A stretch of DNA of 64,000 nt from the NCBI RefSeq assembly GCF_009914755.1, contig NC_060936.1, one strand, 5' to 3'. Below the pieces are notes generated by a model. That model saw only the letters and a list, made by a program, of their open reading frames with translations, was not told the DNA's origin and did no database searches. Position numbers and translations under genes: made by a program. Positions 10,801 to 23,090 of this stretch are shown piece after piece (position 1 is the stretch's first letter; every line of letters begins with the position of its first letter). This stretch comes from the human T2T-CHM13v2.0 reference genome, Homo sapiens.

Positions 10801-13800
10801 ATCAAAAGAAAGGTTAAACTCTGTGAGCTGAACACACACATCAAAAAGAAGTTTCTGTGAATGATTCTGTCTAGATTTTATAAGAAGATGTTTCCTTTTC
10901 TACCATAGGCCTCAAAGCGCTTGAAATCTCCAGCTGCAAATTCCACAAAAAGGGTGTTTAACATCTGCTCTTCTAAAGGAAAGTTCAACTCTATGAGTTG
11001 AATACACACAGCACAAAGAAGTTACTGAGACTTCTCCTATCAAACATTATATGAAGAAATCCCGTTTCCAACGAAGGCCTCAAAGAGGTCCAAATATCTG
11101 CTTGCAGACTTTACAGACAGAGTGTTTCCAAACTGCTCCATCAAAAGAAAGGTTAAACTCCTTGAGTTGAACACACACATCACAAAGTAGTTTCTGTGAA
11201 TGATTCTGTCTAGTTTTTATACGAAGATGTTTCCTTTTCTACCTTTGGTCTCAAAGCGATTGAAATCTCCACATGGAAACTCCACAAAAAGAGTGTTTCA
11301 AATCTGCTCTTTCTGAAGGAAGGTTCAACTCTGTGAGTTGAATACGCACACCACAAATAAGTTACTGAGAATTCTTCTGTGTAACATTATATGAGGAAAT
11401 CCCGTTTCCAACGAAGGCCTCAAAGAGGTCCAAATATCCACTTGCAGACTTTACAAAGACAGTGTCTCCAAACTCCTCCATCAAAAGAAAGGTTATACTC
11501 TGTGAATTGAACGCACACATCACAAAGTAGTTTCTGAGAATGATTCTGTCTAGTTTTTATACGAAGATATTTCCTTTTCTACATTTGGCCTAAAAGCGCT
11601 TGAAATCTCCACCTGCAAATATCACAAAAAGAGGGTTTCACATCTGCTCTGTCTAAAGGACAGTTCACCTCTGTGAGTTGAATAGAGGCAACACAAAGAA
11701 CTTACTCAGTATTCTTCTTTCTAGCGTTCTATGAAGAAATCCCGTTTCCAACGAAGGCCTCAAAGAGGTCAAATATCTGCTTGCAGACTTTACAGACAGA
11801 GTGTTTCCAAACTACTCTATGAAAAGAAAGCTTAAACTCCTTGAGTTGAACGCACACATCACAAAGTAGTTTCTGAGAATGATTCTGTCTAGTTTTTATA
11901 CGAAGATGTTTCCTTTTCTACATTTGGTCTCAAAGCGATTGAAATCTCCAACTGGAAACTGCACAAATAGGCTGTTTCAAATCTGCTCTGTCTAAAGGAA
12001 GGTTCAGCTCTGTGAGTTGAATACACACACCACAAATAAGTTACTGAGAATTCTTCTGTCGAACATTACAGGAAGAAATCCCGTTTCCAACGAAGGCCTC
12101 AAAGAGGTCCAAATATCCACTTGCAGACATTACAAACAGTGTGTTTCCCAACTGCTCCATCAAAAGAAAGGTTAAACTCTGTGAGCTGAACACACACATC
12201 AAAAAGAAGTTTCTGTGAATGATTCTGTCTAGATTTTATAAGAAGATGTTTCCTTTTCTACCGTAGGCCTCAAAGCGCTTGAAATCTCCAGCTGCAAATT
12301 CCACAAAAAGGGTGTTTAACATCTGCTCTTCTAAAGGAAAGTTCAACTCTATGAGTTGAATACACACAGCACAAAGAAGTTACTGAGACTTCTCCTATCA
12401 AACATTAATGAAGAAATCCCGTTTCCAACGAAGGCCTCAAAGAGGTCCAAATATCTGCTTGCAGACTTTACAGACAGAGTGTTTCCAAACTGCTCCATCA
12501 AAAGAAAGGTTAAACTCCTTGAGTTGAACACACACATCACAAAGTAGTTTCTGTGAATGATTCTGTCTAGTTTTTATACGAAGATGTTTCCTTTTCTACC
12601 TTTGGTCTCAAAGCGATTGAAATCTCCACATGGAAACTCCACAAAAAGAGTGTTTCAAATCTGCTCTTTCTGAAGGAAGGTTCAACTCTGTGAGTTGAAT
12701 ACACACACCACAAATAAGTTACTGAGAATTCTTCTGTGTAACATTATATGAGGAAATCCCGTTTCCAACGAAGGCCTCAAAGAGGTCCAAATATCCACTT
12801 GCAGACTTTACAAAGACAGTGTCTCCAAACTCCTCCATCAAAAGAAAGGTTATACTCTGTGAATTGAACGCACACATCACAAAGTAGTTTCTGAGAATGA
12901 TTCTGTCTAGTTTTTATACGAAGATATTTCCTTTTCTACATTTGGCCTAAAAGCGCTTGAAATCTCCACCTGCAAATATCACAAAAAGAGGGTTTCACAT
13001 CTGCTCTGTCTAAAGGACAGTTCACCTCTGTGAGTTGAATAGAGGCAACACAAAGAACTTACTCAGTATTCTTCTTTCTAGCATTCTATGAAGAAATCCC
13101 GTTTCCAACGAAGGCCCCAAAGAGGTCCAAATATCTGCTTGCAGACTTTACAGACAGAGTTTTTCCAAACTGCTCCATCAAAAGAAAGGTTAAACTCCTT
13201 GAGTTGAACACACACATCACAAAGTAGTTTCTGTGAATGATTCTGTCTAGTTTTTATAAGAAGATGTTTCCTTTTCTACCTTTGGTCTCAAAGCGATTGA
13301 AATCTCCACATGGAAACTCCTCAAAAAGAGTGTTTCAAATCTGCTCTTTCTGAAGGAAGGTTCAACTCTGTGAGTTGAATACACACACCACAAATAAGTT
13401 ACTGAGAATTCTTCTGTGTAACATTATATGAGGAAATCCCGTTTCCAACGAAGGCCTCAAAGAGGTCCAAATATCCACTTGCAGACTTTACAAAGACAGT
13501 GTCTCCAAACTCCTCCATCAAAAGAAAGGTTATACTCTGTGAATTGAACGCACACATCACAAAGTAGTTTCTGAGAATGATTCTGTCTAGTTTTTATACG
13601 AAGATATTTCCTTTTCTACATTTGGCCTAAAAGCGCTTGAAATCTCCACCGGCAAATATCACAAAAAGAGGGTTTCACATCTGCTCTGTCTAAAGGACAG
13701 TTCACCTCTGTGAGTTGAATAGAGGCAACACAAAGAACTTACTCAGTATTCTTCTTTCTAGCGTTCTATGAAGAAATCCCGTTTCCAACGAAGGCCTCAA

Positions 13801-16800
13801 AGAGGTCAAATATCTGCTTGCAGACTTTACAGACAGAGTGTTTCCAAACTACTCTATGAAAAGAAAGCTTAAACTCCTTGAGTTGAACGCACACATCACA
13901 AAGTAGTTTCTGAGAATGATTCTGTCTAGTTTTTATACGAAGATGTTTCCTTTTCTACATTTGGTCTCAAAGCGATTGAAATCTCCAACTGGAAACTGCA
14001 CAAATAGGCTGTTTCAAATCTGCTCTGTCTAAAGGAAGGTTCAGCTCTGTGAGTTGAATACACACACCACAAATAAGTTACTGAGAATTCTTCTGTCGAA
14101 CATTACAGGAAGAAATCCCGTTTCCAACGAAGGCCTCAAAGAGCTCCAAATATCCACTTGCAGACATTACAAACAGTGTGTTTCCCAACTGCTCCATCAA
14201 AAGAAAGGTTAAACTCTGTGAGCTGAACACACACATCAAAAAGAAGTTTCTGTGAATGATTCTGTCTAGATTTTATAAGAAGATGTTTCCTTTTCTACCG
14301 TAGGCCTCAAAGCGCTTGAAATCTCCAGCTGCAAATTCCACAAAAAGGGTGTTTAACATCTGCTCTTCTAAAGGAAAGTTCAACTCTATGAGTTGAATAC
14401 ACACAGCACAAAGAAGTTACTGAGACTTCTCCTATCAAACATTATATGAAGAAATCCCGTTTCCAACGAAGGCCTCAAAGAGGTCCAAATATCTGCTTGC
14501 AGACTTTACAGACAGAGTGTTTCCAAACTGCTCCATCAAAAGAAAGGTTAAACTCCTTGAGTTGAACACACACATCACAAAGTAGTTTCTGTGAATGATT
14601 CTGTCTAGTTTTTATACGAAGATGTTTCCTTTTCTACCTTTGGTCTCAAAGCGATTGAAATCTCCACATGGAAACTCCACAAAAAGAGTGTTTCAAATCT
14701 GCTCTTTCTGAAGGAAGGTTCAACTCTGTGAGTTGAATACACACACCACAAATAAGTTACTGAGAATTCTTCTGTGTAACATTATATGAGGAAATCCCGT
14801 TTCCAACGAAGGCCTCAAAGAGGTCCAAATATCCACTTGCAGACTTTACAAAGACAGTGTCTCCAAACTCCTCCATCAAAAGAAAGGTTATACTCTGTGA
14901 ATTGAACGCACACATCACAAAGTAGTTTCTGAGAATGATTCTGTCTAGTTTTTATACGAAGATATTTCCTTTTCTACATTTGGCCTAAAAGCGCTTGAAA
15001 TCTCCACCTGCAAATATCACAAAAAGAGGGTTTCACATCTGCTCTGTCTAAAGGACAGTTCACCTCTGTGAGTTGAATAGAGGCAACACAAAGAACTTAC
15101 TCAGTATTCTTCTTTCTAGCATTCTATGAAGAAATCCCGTTTCCAACGAAGGCCCCAAAGAGGTCCAAATATCTGCTTGCAGACTTTACAGACAGAGTTT
15201 TTCCAAACTGCTCCATCAAAAGAAAGGTTAAACTCCTTGAGTTGAACACACACATCACAAAGTAGTTTCTGTGAATGATTCTGTCTAGTTTTTATAAGAA
15301 GATGTTTCCTTTTCTACCTTTGGTCTCAAAGCGATTGAAATCTCCACATGGAAACTCCTCAAAAAGAGTGTTTCAAATCTGCTCTTTCTGAAGGAAGGTT
15401 CAACTCTGTGAGTTGAATACACACACCACAAATAAGTTACTGAGAATTCTTCTGTGTAACATTATATGAGGAAATCCCGTTTCCAACGAAGGCCTCAAAG
15501 AGGTCCAAATATCCACTTGCGGACATTACAAACAGTGTGTTTCCCAACTGCTCCATCAAAAGAAAGGTTAAACTCTGTGAGCTGAACACACACATCAAAA
15601 AGAAGTTTCTGTGAATGATTCTGTCTAGATTTTATAAGAAGATGTTTCCTTTTCTACCGTAGGCCTCAAAGCGCTTGAAATCTCCAGCTGCAAATTCCAC
15701 AAAAAGGGTGTTTAACATCTGCTCTTCTAAAGGAAAGTTCAACTCTATGAGTTGAATACACACAGCACAAAGAAGTTACTGAGACTTCTCCTATCAAACA
15801 TTATATGAAGAAATCCCGTTTCCAACGAAGGCCTCAAAGAGGTCCAAATGTCTGCTTGCAGACTTTACAGACAGAGTGTTTCCAAACTGCTCCATCAAAA
15901 GAAAGGTTAAACTCCTTGAGTTGAACACACACATCACAAAGTAGTTTCTGAGAATGATTCTGTCTAGTTTTTATACGAAGATGTTTCCTTTTCTACATTT
16001 GGTCTCAAAGCGATTGAAATCTCCAACTGGAAACTGCACAAATAGGCTGTTTCAAATCTGCTCTGTCTAAAGGAAGGTTCAGCTCTGTGAGTTGAATACA
16101 CACACCACAAATAAGTTACTGAGAATTCTTCTGTCGAACATTACAGGAAGAAATCCCGTTTCCAACGAAGGCCTCAAAGAGCTCCAAATATCCACTTGCA
16201 GACATTACAAACAGTGTGTTTCCCAACTGCTCCATCAAAAGAAAGGTTAAACTCTGTGAGCTGAACACACACATCAAAAAGAAGTTTCTGTGAATGATTC
16301 TGTCTAGATTTTATAAGAAGATGTTTCCTTTTCTACCATAGGCCTCAAAGCGCTTGAAATCTCCAGCTGCAAATTCCACAAAAAGGGTGTTTAACATCTG
16401 CTCTTCTAAAGGAAAGTTCAACTCTATGAGTTGAATACACACAGCACAAAGAAGTTACTGAGACTTCTCCTATCAAACATTATATGAAGAAATCCCGTTT
16501 CCAACGAAGGCCTCAAAGAGGTCCAAATATCTGCTTGCAGACTTTACAGACAGAGTGTTTCCAAACTGCTCCATCAAAAGAAAGGTTAAACTCCTTGAGT
16601 TGAACACACACATCACAAAGTAGTTTCTGTGAATGATTCTGTCTAGTTTTTATACGAAGATGTTTCCTTTTCTACCTTTGGTCTCAAAGCGATTGAAATC
16701 TCCACATGGAAACTCCACAAAAAGAGTGTTTCAAATCTGCTCTTTCTGAAGGAAGGTTCAACTCTGTGAGTTGAATACGCACACCACAAATAAGTTACTG

Positions 16801-18915
16801 AGAATTCTTCTGTGTAACATTATATGAGGAAATCCCGTTTCCAACGAAGGCCTCAAAGAGGTCCAAATATCCACTTGCAGACTTTACAAAGACAGTGTCT
16901 CCAAACTCCTCCATCAAAAGAAAGGTTATACTCTGTGAATTGAACGCACACATCACAAAGTAGTTTCTGAGAATGATTCTGTCTAGTTTTTATACGAAGA
17001 TATTTCCTTTTCTACATTTGGCCTAAAAGCGCTTGAAATCTCCACCTGCAAATATCACAAAAAGAGGGTTTCACATCTGCTCTGTCTAAAGGACAGTTCA
17101 CCTCTGTGAGTTGAATAGAGGCAACACAAAGAACTTACTCAGTATTCTTCTTTCTAGCGTTCTATGAAGAAATCCCGTTTCCAACGAAGGCCTCAAAGAG
17201 GTCAAATATCTGCTTGCAGACTTTACAGACAGAGTGTTTCCAAACTACTCTATGAAAAGAAAGCTTAAACTCCTTGAGTTGAACGCACACATCACAAAGT
17301 AGTTTCTGAGAATGATTCTGTCTAGTTTTTATACGAAGATGTTTCCTTTTCTACATTTGGTCTCAAAGCGATTGAAATCTCCAACTGGAAACTGCACAAA
17401 TAGGCTGTTTCAAATCTGCTCTGTCTAAAGGAAGGTTCAGCTCTGTGAGTTGAATACACACACCACAAATAAGTTACTGAGAATTCTTCTGTCGAACATT
17501 ACAGGAAGAAATCCCGTTTCCAACGAAGGCCTCAAAGAGGTCCAAATATCCACTTGCAGACATTACAAACAGTGTGTTTCCCAACTGCTCCATCAAAAGA
17601 AAGGTTAAACTCTGTGAGCTGAACACACACATCAAAAAGAAGTTTCTGTGAATGATTCTGTCTAGATTTTATAAGAAGATGTTTCCTTTTCTACCGTAGG
17701 CCTCAAAGCGCTTGAAATCTCCAGCTGCAAATTCCACAAAAAGGGTGTTTAACATCTGCTCTTCTAAAGGAAAGTTCAACTCTATGAGTTGAATACACAC
17801 AGCACAAAGAAGTTACTGAGACTTCTCCTATCAAACATTAATGAAGAAATCCCGTTTCCAACGAAGGCCTCAAAGAGGTCCAAATATCTGCTTGCAGACT
17901 TTACAGACAGAGTGTTTCCAAACTGCTCCATCAAAAGAAAGGTTAAACTCCTTGAGTTGAACACACACATCACAAAGTAGTTTCTGTGAATGATTCTGTC
18001 TAGTTTTTATACGAAGATGTTTCCTTTTCTACCTTTGGTCTCAAAGCGATTGAAATCTCCACATGGAAACTCCACAAAAAGAGTGTTTCAAATCTGCTCT
18101 TTCTGAAGGAAGGTTCAACTCTGTGAGTTGAATACACACACCACAAATAAGTTACTGAGAATTCTTCTGTGTAACATTATATGAGGAAATCCCGTTTCCA
18201 ACGAAGGCCTCAAAGAGGTCCAAATATCCACTTGCAGACTTTACAAAGACAGTGTCTCCAAACTCCTCCATCAAAAGAAAGGTTATACTCTGTGAATTGA
18301 ACGCACACATCACAAAGTAGTTTCTGAGAATGATTCTGTCTAGTTTTTATACGAAGATATTTCCTTTTCTACATTTGGCCTAAAAGCGCTTGAAATCTCC
18401 ACCTGCAAATATCACAAAAAGAGGGTTTCACATCTGCTCTGTCTAAAGGACAGTTCACCTCTGTGAGTTGAATAGAGGCAACACAAAGAACTTACTCAGT
18501 ATTCTTCTTTCTAGCATTCTATGAAGAAATCCCGTTTCCAACGAAGGCCCCAAAGAGGTCCAAATATCTGCTTGCAGACTTTACAGACAGAGTTTTTCCA
18601 AACTGCTCCATCAAAAGAAAGGTTAAACTCCTTGAGTTGAACACACACATCACAAAGTAGTTTCTGTGAATGATTCTGTCTAGTTTTTATAAGAAGATGT
18701 TTCCTTTTCTACCTTTGGTCTCAAAGCGATTGAAATCTCCACATGGAAACTCCTCAAAAAGAGTGTTTCAAATCTGCTCTTTCTGAAGGAAGGTTCAACT
18801 CTGTGAGTTGAATACACACACCACAAATAAGTTACTGAGAATTCTTCTGTGTAACATTATATGAGGAAATCCCGTTTCCAACGAAGGCCTCAAAGAGGTC
18901 CAAATATCCACTTGC
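7890..18915. repeat. Tandem duplication, 5433-bp unit (32 monomers), about 2 copies
   Basis: Private markers repeat at offset 5433: ccaccggc (8218/13651), accata (10905/16338), the D-to-C junction (10527/15960) and the 1-bp deletion 'cattaatg' (ORFs at 12356/17789). Confidence 0.9.
9848..10526 (-). repeat. 4-mer HOR structural variant E-D (679 bp), where E is an A/C hybrid dimer
   Basis: E starts as A (ccacatgg, ctgtgtaac, atatgagg) and ends as C (gcggacattacaaacagtgtg, gagctgaac, caaaaagaag). E also starts at 15281, 18676, 36671, 40068, 44823, 49578, 52975, 55013 and 58410. Confidence 0.9.
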
Positions 18916-21900
18916 GGACATTACAAACAGTGTGTTTCCCAACTGCTCCATCAAAAGAAAGGTTAAACTCTGTGAGCTGAACACACACATCAAAAAGAAG
19001 TTTCTGTGAATGATTCTGTCTAGATTTTATAAGAAGATGTTTCCTTTTCTACCGTAGGCCTCAAAGCGCTTGAAATCTCCAGCTGCAAATTCCACAAAAA
19101 GGGTGTTTAACATCTGCTCTTCTAAAGGAAAGTTCAACTCTATGAGTTGAATACACACAGCACAAAGAAGTTACTGAGACTTCTCCTATCAAACATTATA
19201 TGAAGAAATCTCGTTTCCAACGAAGGCCTCAAAGAGGTCCAAATGTCTGCTTGCAGACTTTACAGACAGAGTGTTTCCAAACTGCTCCATCAAAAGAAAG
19301 GTTAAACTCCTTGAGTTGAACACACACATCACAAAGTAGTTTCTGTGAATGATTCTGTCTAGTTTTTATACGAAGATGTTTCCTTTTCTACCTTTGGTCT
19401 CAAAGCGATTGAAATCTCCACATGGAAACTCCTCAAAAAGAGTGTTTCAAATCTGCTCTTTCTGAAGGAAGGTTCAACTCTGTGAGTTGAATACACACAC
19501 CACAAATAAGTTACTGAGAATTCTTCTGTGTAACATTATATGAGGAAATCCCGTTTCCAACGAAGGCCTCAAAGAGGTCCAAATATCCACTTGCAGACTT
19601 TACAAAGACAGTGTCTCCAAACTCCTCCATCAAAAGAAAGGTTATACTCTGTGAATTGAACGCACACATCACAAAGTAGTTTCTGAGAATGATTCTGTCT
19701 AGTTTTTATACGAAGATATTTCCTTTTCTACATTTGGCCTAAAAGCGCTTGAAATCTCCACCTGCAAATATCACAAAAAGAGGGTTTCACATCTGCTCTG
19801 TCTAAAGGACAGTTCACCTCTGTGAGTTGAATAGAGGCAACACAAAGAACTTACTCAGTATTCTTCTTTCTAGCGTTCTATGAAGAAATCCCGTTTCCAA
19901 CGAAGGCCTCAAAGAGGTCAAATATCTGCTTGCAGACTTTACAGACAGAGTGTTTCCAAACTACTCTATGAAAAGAAAGCTTAAACTCCTTGAGTTGAAC
20001 GCACACATCACAAAGTAGTTTCTGAGAATGATTCTGTCTAGTTTTTATACGAAGATGTTTCCTTTTCTACATTTGGTCTCAAAGCTCTTGAAATCTCCAA
20101 CTGGAAACTGCACAAATAGGCTGTTTCAAATCTGCTCTGTCTAAAGGAAGGTTCAACTCTGTGAGTTGAATACACACACCACAAATAAGTTACTGAGAAT
20201 TCTTCTGTCGAACATTACTTGAAGAAATCCCGTTTCCAACGAAGGCCTCAAAGAGGTCCAAATATCCACTTGCAGACGTTACAAACAGAGTGTTTCCAAA
20301 CTGCTCCATCAAAAGAAAGGTTAAACTCTGTGAGCTGAACACACACATCAAAAAGAAGTTTCTGTGAATGATTCTGTCTAGATTTTATAAGAAGATGTTT
20401 CCTTTTCTACCGTAGGCCTCAAAGCGCTTGAAATCTCCAGCTGCAAATTCCACAAAAAGGGTGTTTAACATCTGCTCTTCTAAAGGAAAGTTCAACTCTA
20501 TGAGTTGAATACACACAGCACAAAGAAGTTACTGAGACTTCTCCTATCAAACATTATATGAAGAAATCCCGTTTCCAACGAAGGCCTCAAAGAGGTCCAA
20601 ATATCTGCTTGCAGACTTTACAGACAGAGTGTTTCCAAACTGCTCCATCAAAAGAAAGGTTAAACTCCTTGAGTTGAACACACACATCACAAAGTAGTTT
20701 CTGTGAATGATTCTGTCTAGTTTTTATACGAAGATGTTTCCTTTTCTACCTTTGGTCTCAAAGCGATTGAAATCTCCACATGGAAACTCCACAAAAAGAG
20801 TGTTTCAAATCTGCTCTTTCTGAAGGAAGGTTCAACTCTGTGAGTTGAATACACACACCACAAATAAGTTACTGAGAATTCTTCTGTGTAACATTATATG
20901 AGGAAATCCCGTTTCCAACGAAGGCCTCAAAGAGGTCCAAATATCCACTTGCAGACTTTACAAAGACAGTGTCTCCAAACTCCTCCATCAAAAGAAAGGT
21001 TATACTCTGTGAATTGAACGCATACATCACAAAGTAGTTTCTGAGAATGATTCTGTCTAGTTTTTATACGAAGATATTTCCTTTTCTACATTTGGCCTAA
21101 AAGCGCTTGAAATCTCCACCTGCAAATATCACAAGAAGAGGGTTTCACATCTGCTCTGTCTAAAGGACAGTTCACCTCTGTGAGTTGAATAGAGGCAACA
21201 CAAAGAACTTACTCAGTATTCTTCTTTCTAGCATTCTATGAAGAAATCCCGTTTCCAACGAAGGCCTCAAAGAGGTCCAAATATCTGCTTGCAGACTTTA
21301 CAGACAGAGTTTTTCCAAACTGCTCCATCAAAAGAAAGGTTAAACTCCTTGAGTTGAACACACACATCACAAAGTAGTTTCTGTGAATGATTCTGTCTAG
21401 TTTTTATACGAAGATGTTTCCTTTTCTACCTTTGGTCTCAAAGCGATTGAAATCTCCACATGGAAACTCCACAAAAAGAGTGTTTCAAATCTGCTCTTTC
21501 TGAAGGAAGGTTCAACTCTGTGAGTTGAATACACACACCACAAATAAGTCACTGAGAATTCTTCTGTGTAACATTATATGAGGAAATCCCGTTTCCAACG
21601 AAGGCCTCAAAGAGGTCCAAATATCCACTTGCAGACTTTACAAAGACAGTGTCTCCAAACTCCTCCATCAAAAGAAAGGTTATACTCTGTGAATTGAACG
21701 CACACATCACAAAGTAGTTTCTGAGAATGATTCTGTCTAGTTTTTATACGAAGATATTTCCTTTTCTACATTTGGCCTAAAAGCGCTTGAAATCTCCACC
21801 TGCAAATATCACAAAAAGAGGGTTTCACATCTGCTCTGTCTAAAGGACAGTTCACCTCTGTGAGTTGAATAGAGGCAACACAAAGAACTTACTCAGTATT

Positions 21901-23090
21901 CTTCTTTCTAGCGTTCTATGAAGAAATCCCGTTTCCAACGAAGGCCTCAAAGAGGTCAAATATCTGCTTGCAGACTTTACAGACAGAGTGTTTCCAAACT
22001 ACTCTATGAAAAGAAAGCTTAAACTCCTTGAGTTGAACGCACACATCACAAAGTAGTTTCTGAGAATGATTCTGTCTAGTTTTTATACGAAGATGTTTCC
22101 TTTTCTACATTTGGTCTCAAAGCGATTGAAATCTCCAACTGGAAACTGCACAAATAGGCTGTTTCAAATCTGCTCTGTCTAAAGGAAGGTTCAGCTCTGT
22201 GAGTTGAATACACACACCACAAATAAGTTACTGAGAATTCTTCTGTCGAACATTACAGGAAGAAATCCCGTTTCCAACGAAGGCCTCAAAGAGCTCCAAA
22301 TATCCACTTGCAGACATTACAAACAGTGTGTTTCCCAACTGCTCCATCAAAAGAAAGGTTAAACTCTGTGAGCTGAACACACACATCAAAAAGAAGTTTC
22401 TGTGAATGATTCTGTCTAGATTTTATAAGAAGATGTTTCCTTTTCTACCGTAGGCCTCAAAGCGCTTGAAATCTCCAGCTGCAAATTCCACAAAAAGGGT
22501 GTTTAACATCTGCTCTTCTAAAGGAAAGTTCAACTCTATGAGTTGAATACACACAGCACAAAGAAGTTACTGAGACTTCTCCTATCAAACATTATATGAA
22601 GAAATCCCGTTTCCAACGAAGGCCTCAAAGAGGTCCAAATATCTGCTTGCAGACTTTACAGACAGAGTGTTTCCAAACTGCTCCATCAAAAGAAAGGTTA
22701 AACTCCTTGAGTTGAACACACACATCACAAAGTAGTTTCTGTGAATGATTCTGTCTAGTTGTTATACGAAGATGTTTCCTTTTCTACCTTTGGTCTCAAA
22801 GCGATTGAAATCTCCACATGGAAACTCCACAAAAAGAGTGTTTCAAATCTGCTCTTTCTGAAGGAAGGTTCAACTCTGTGAGTTGAATACACACACCACA
22901 AATAAGTTACTGAGAATTCTTCTGTGTAACATTATATGAGGAAATCCCGTTTCCAACGAAGGCCTCAAAGAGGTCCAAATATCCACTTGCAGACTTTACA
23001 AAGACAGTGTCTCCAAACTCCTCCATCAAAAGAAAGGTTATACTCTGTGAATTGAACGCACACATCACAAAGTAGTTTCTGAGAATGATT

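Noticed and set aside
12349-12547. Overlapping 63-aa ORFs on both strands, also at 17782-17980
   Set aside because: They are created by a 1-bp deletion (cattaatg) in dimer D and are satellite translation, not a sense/antisense gene pair.
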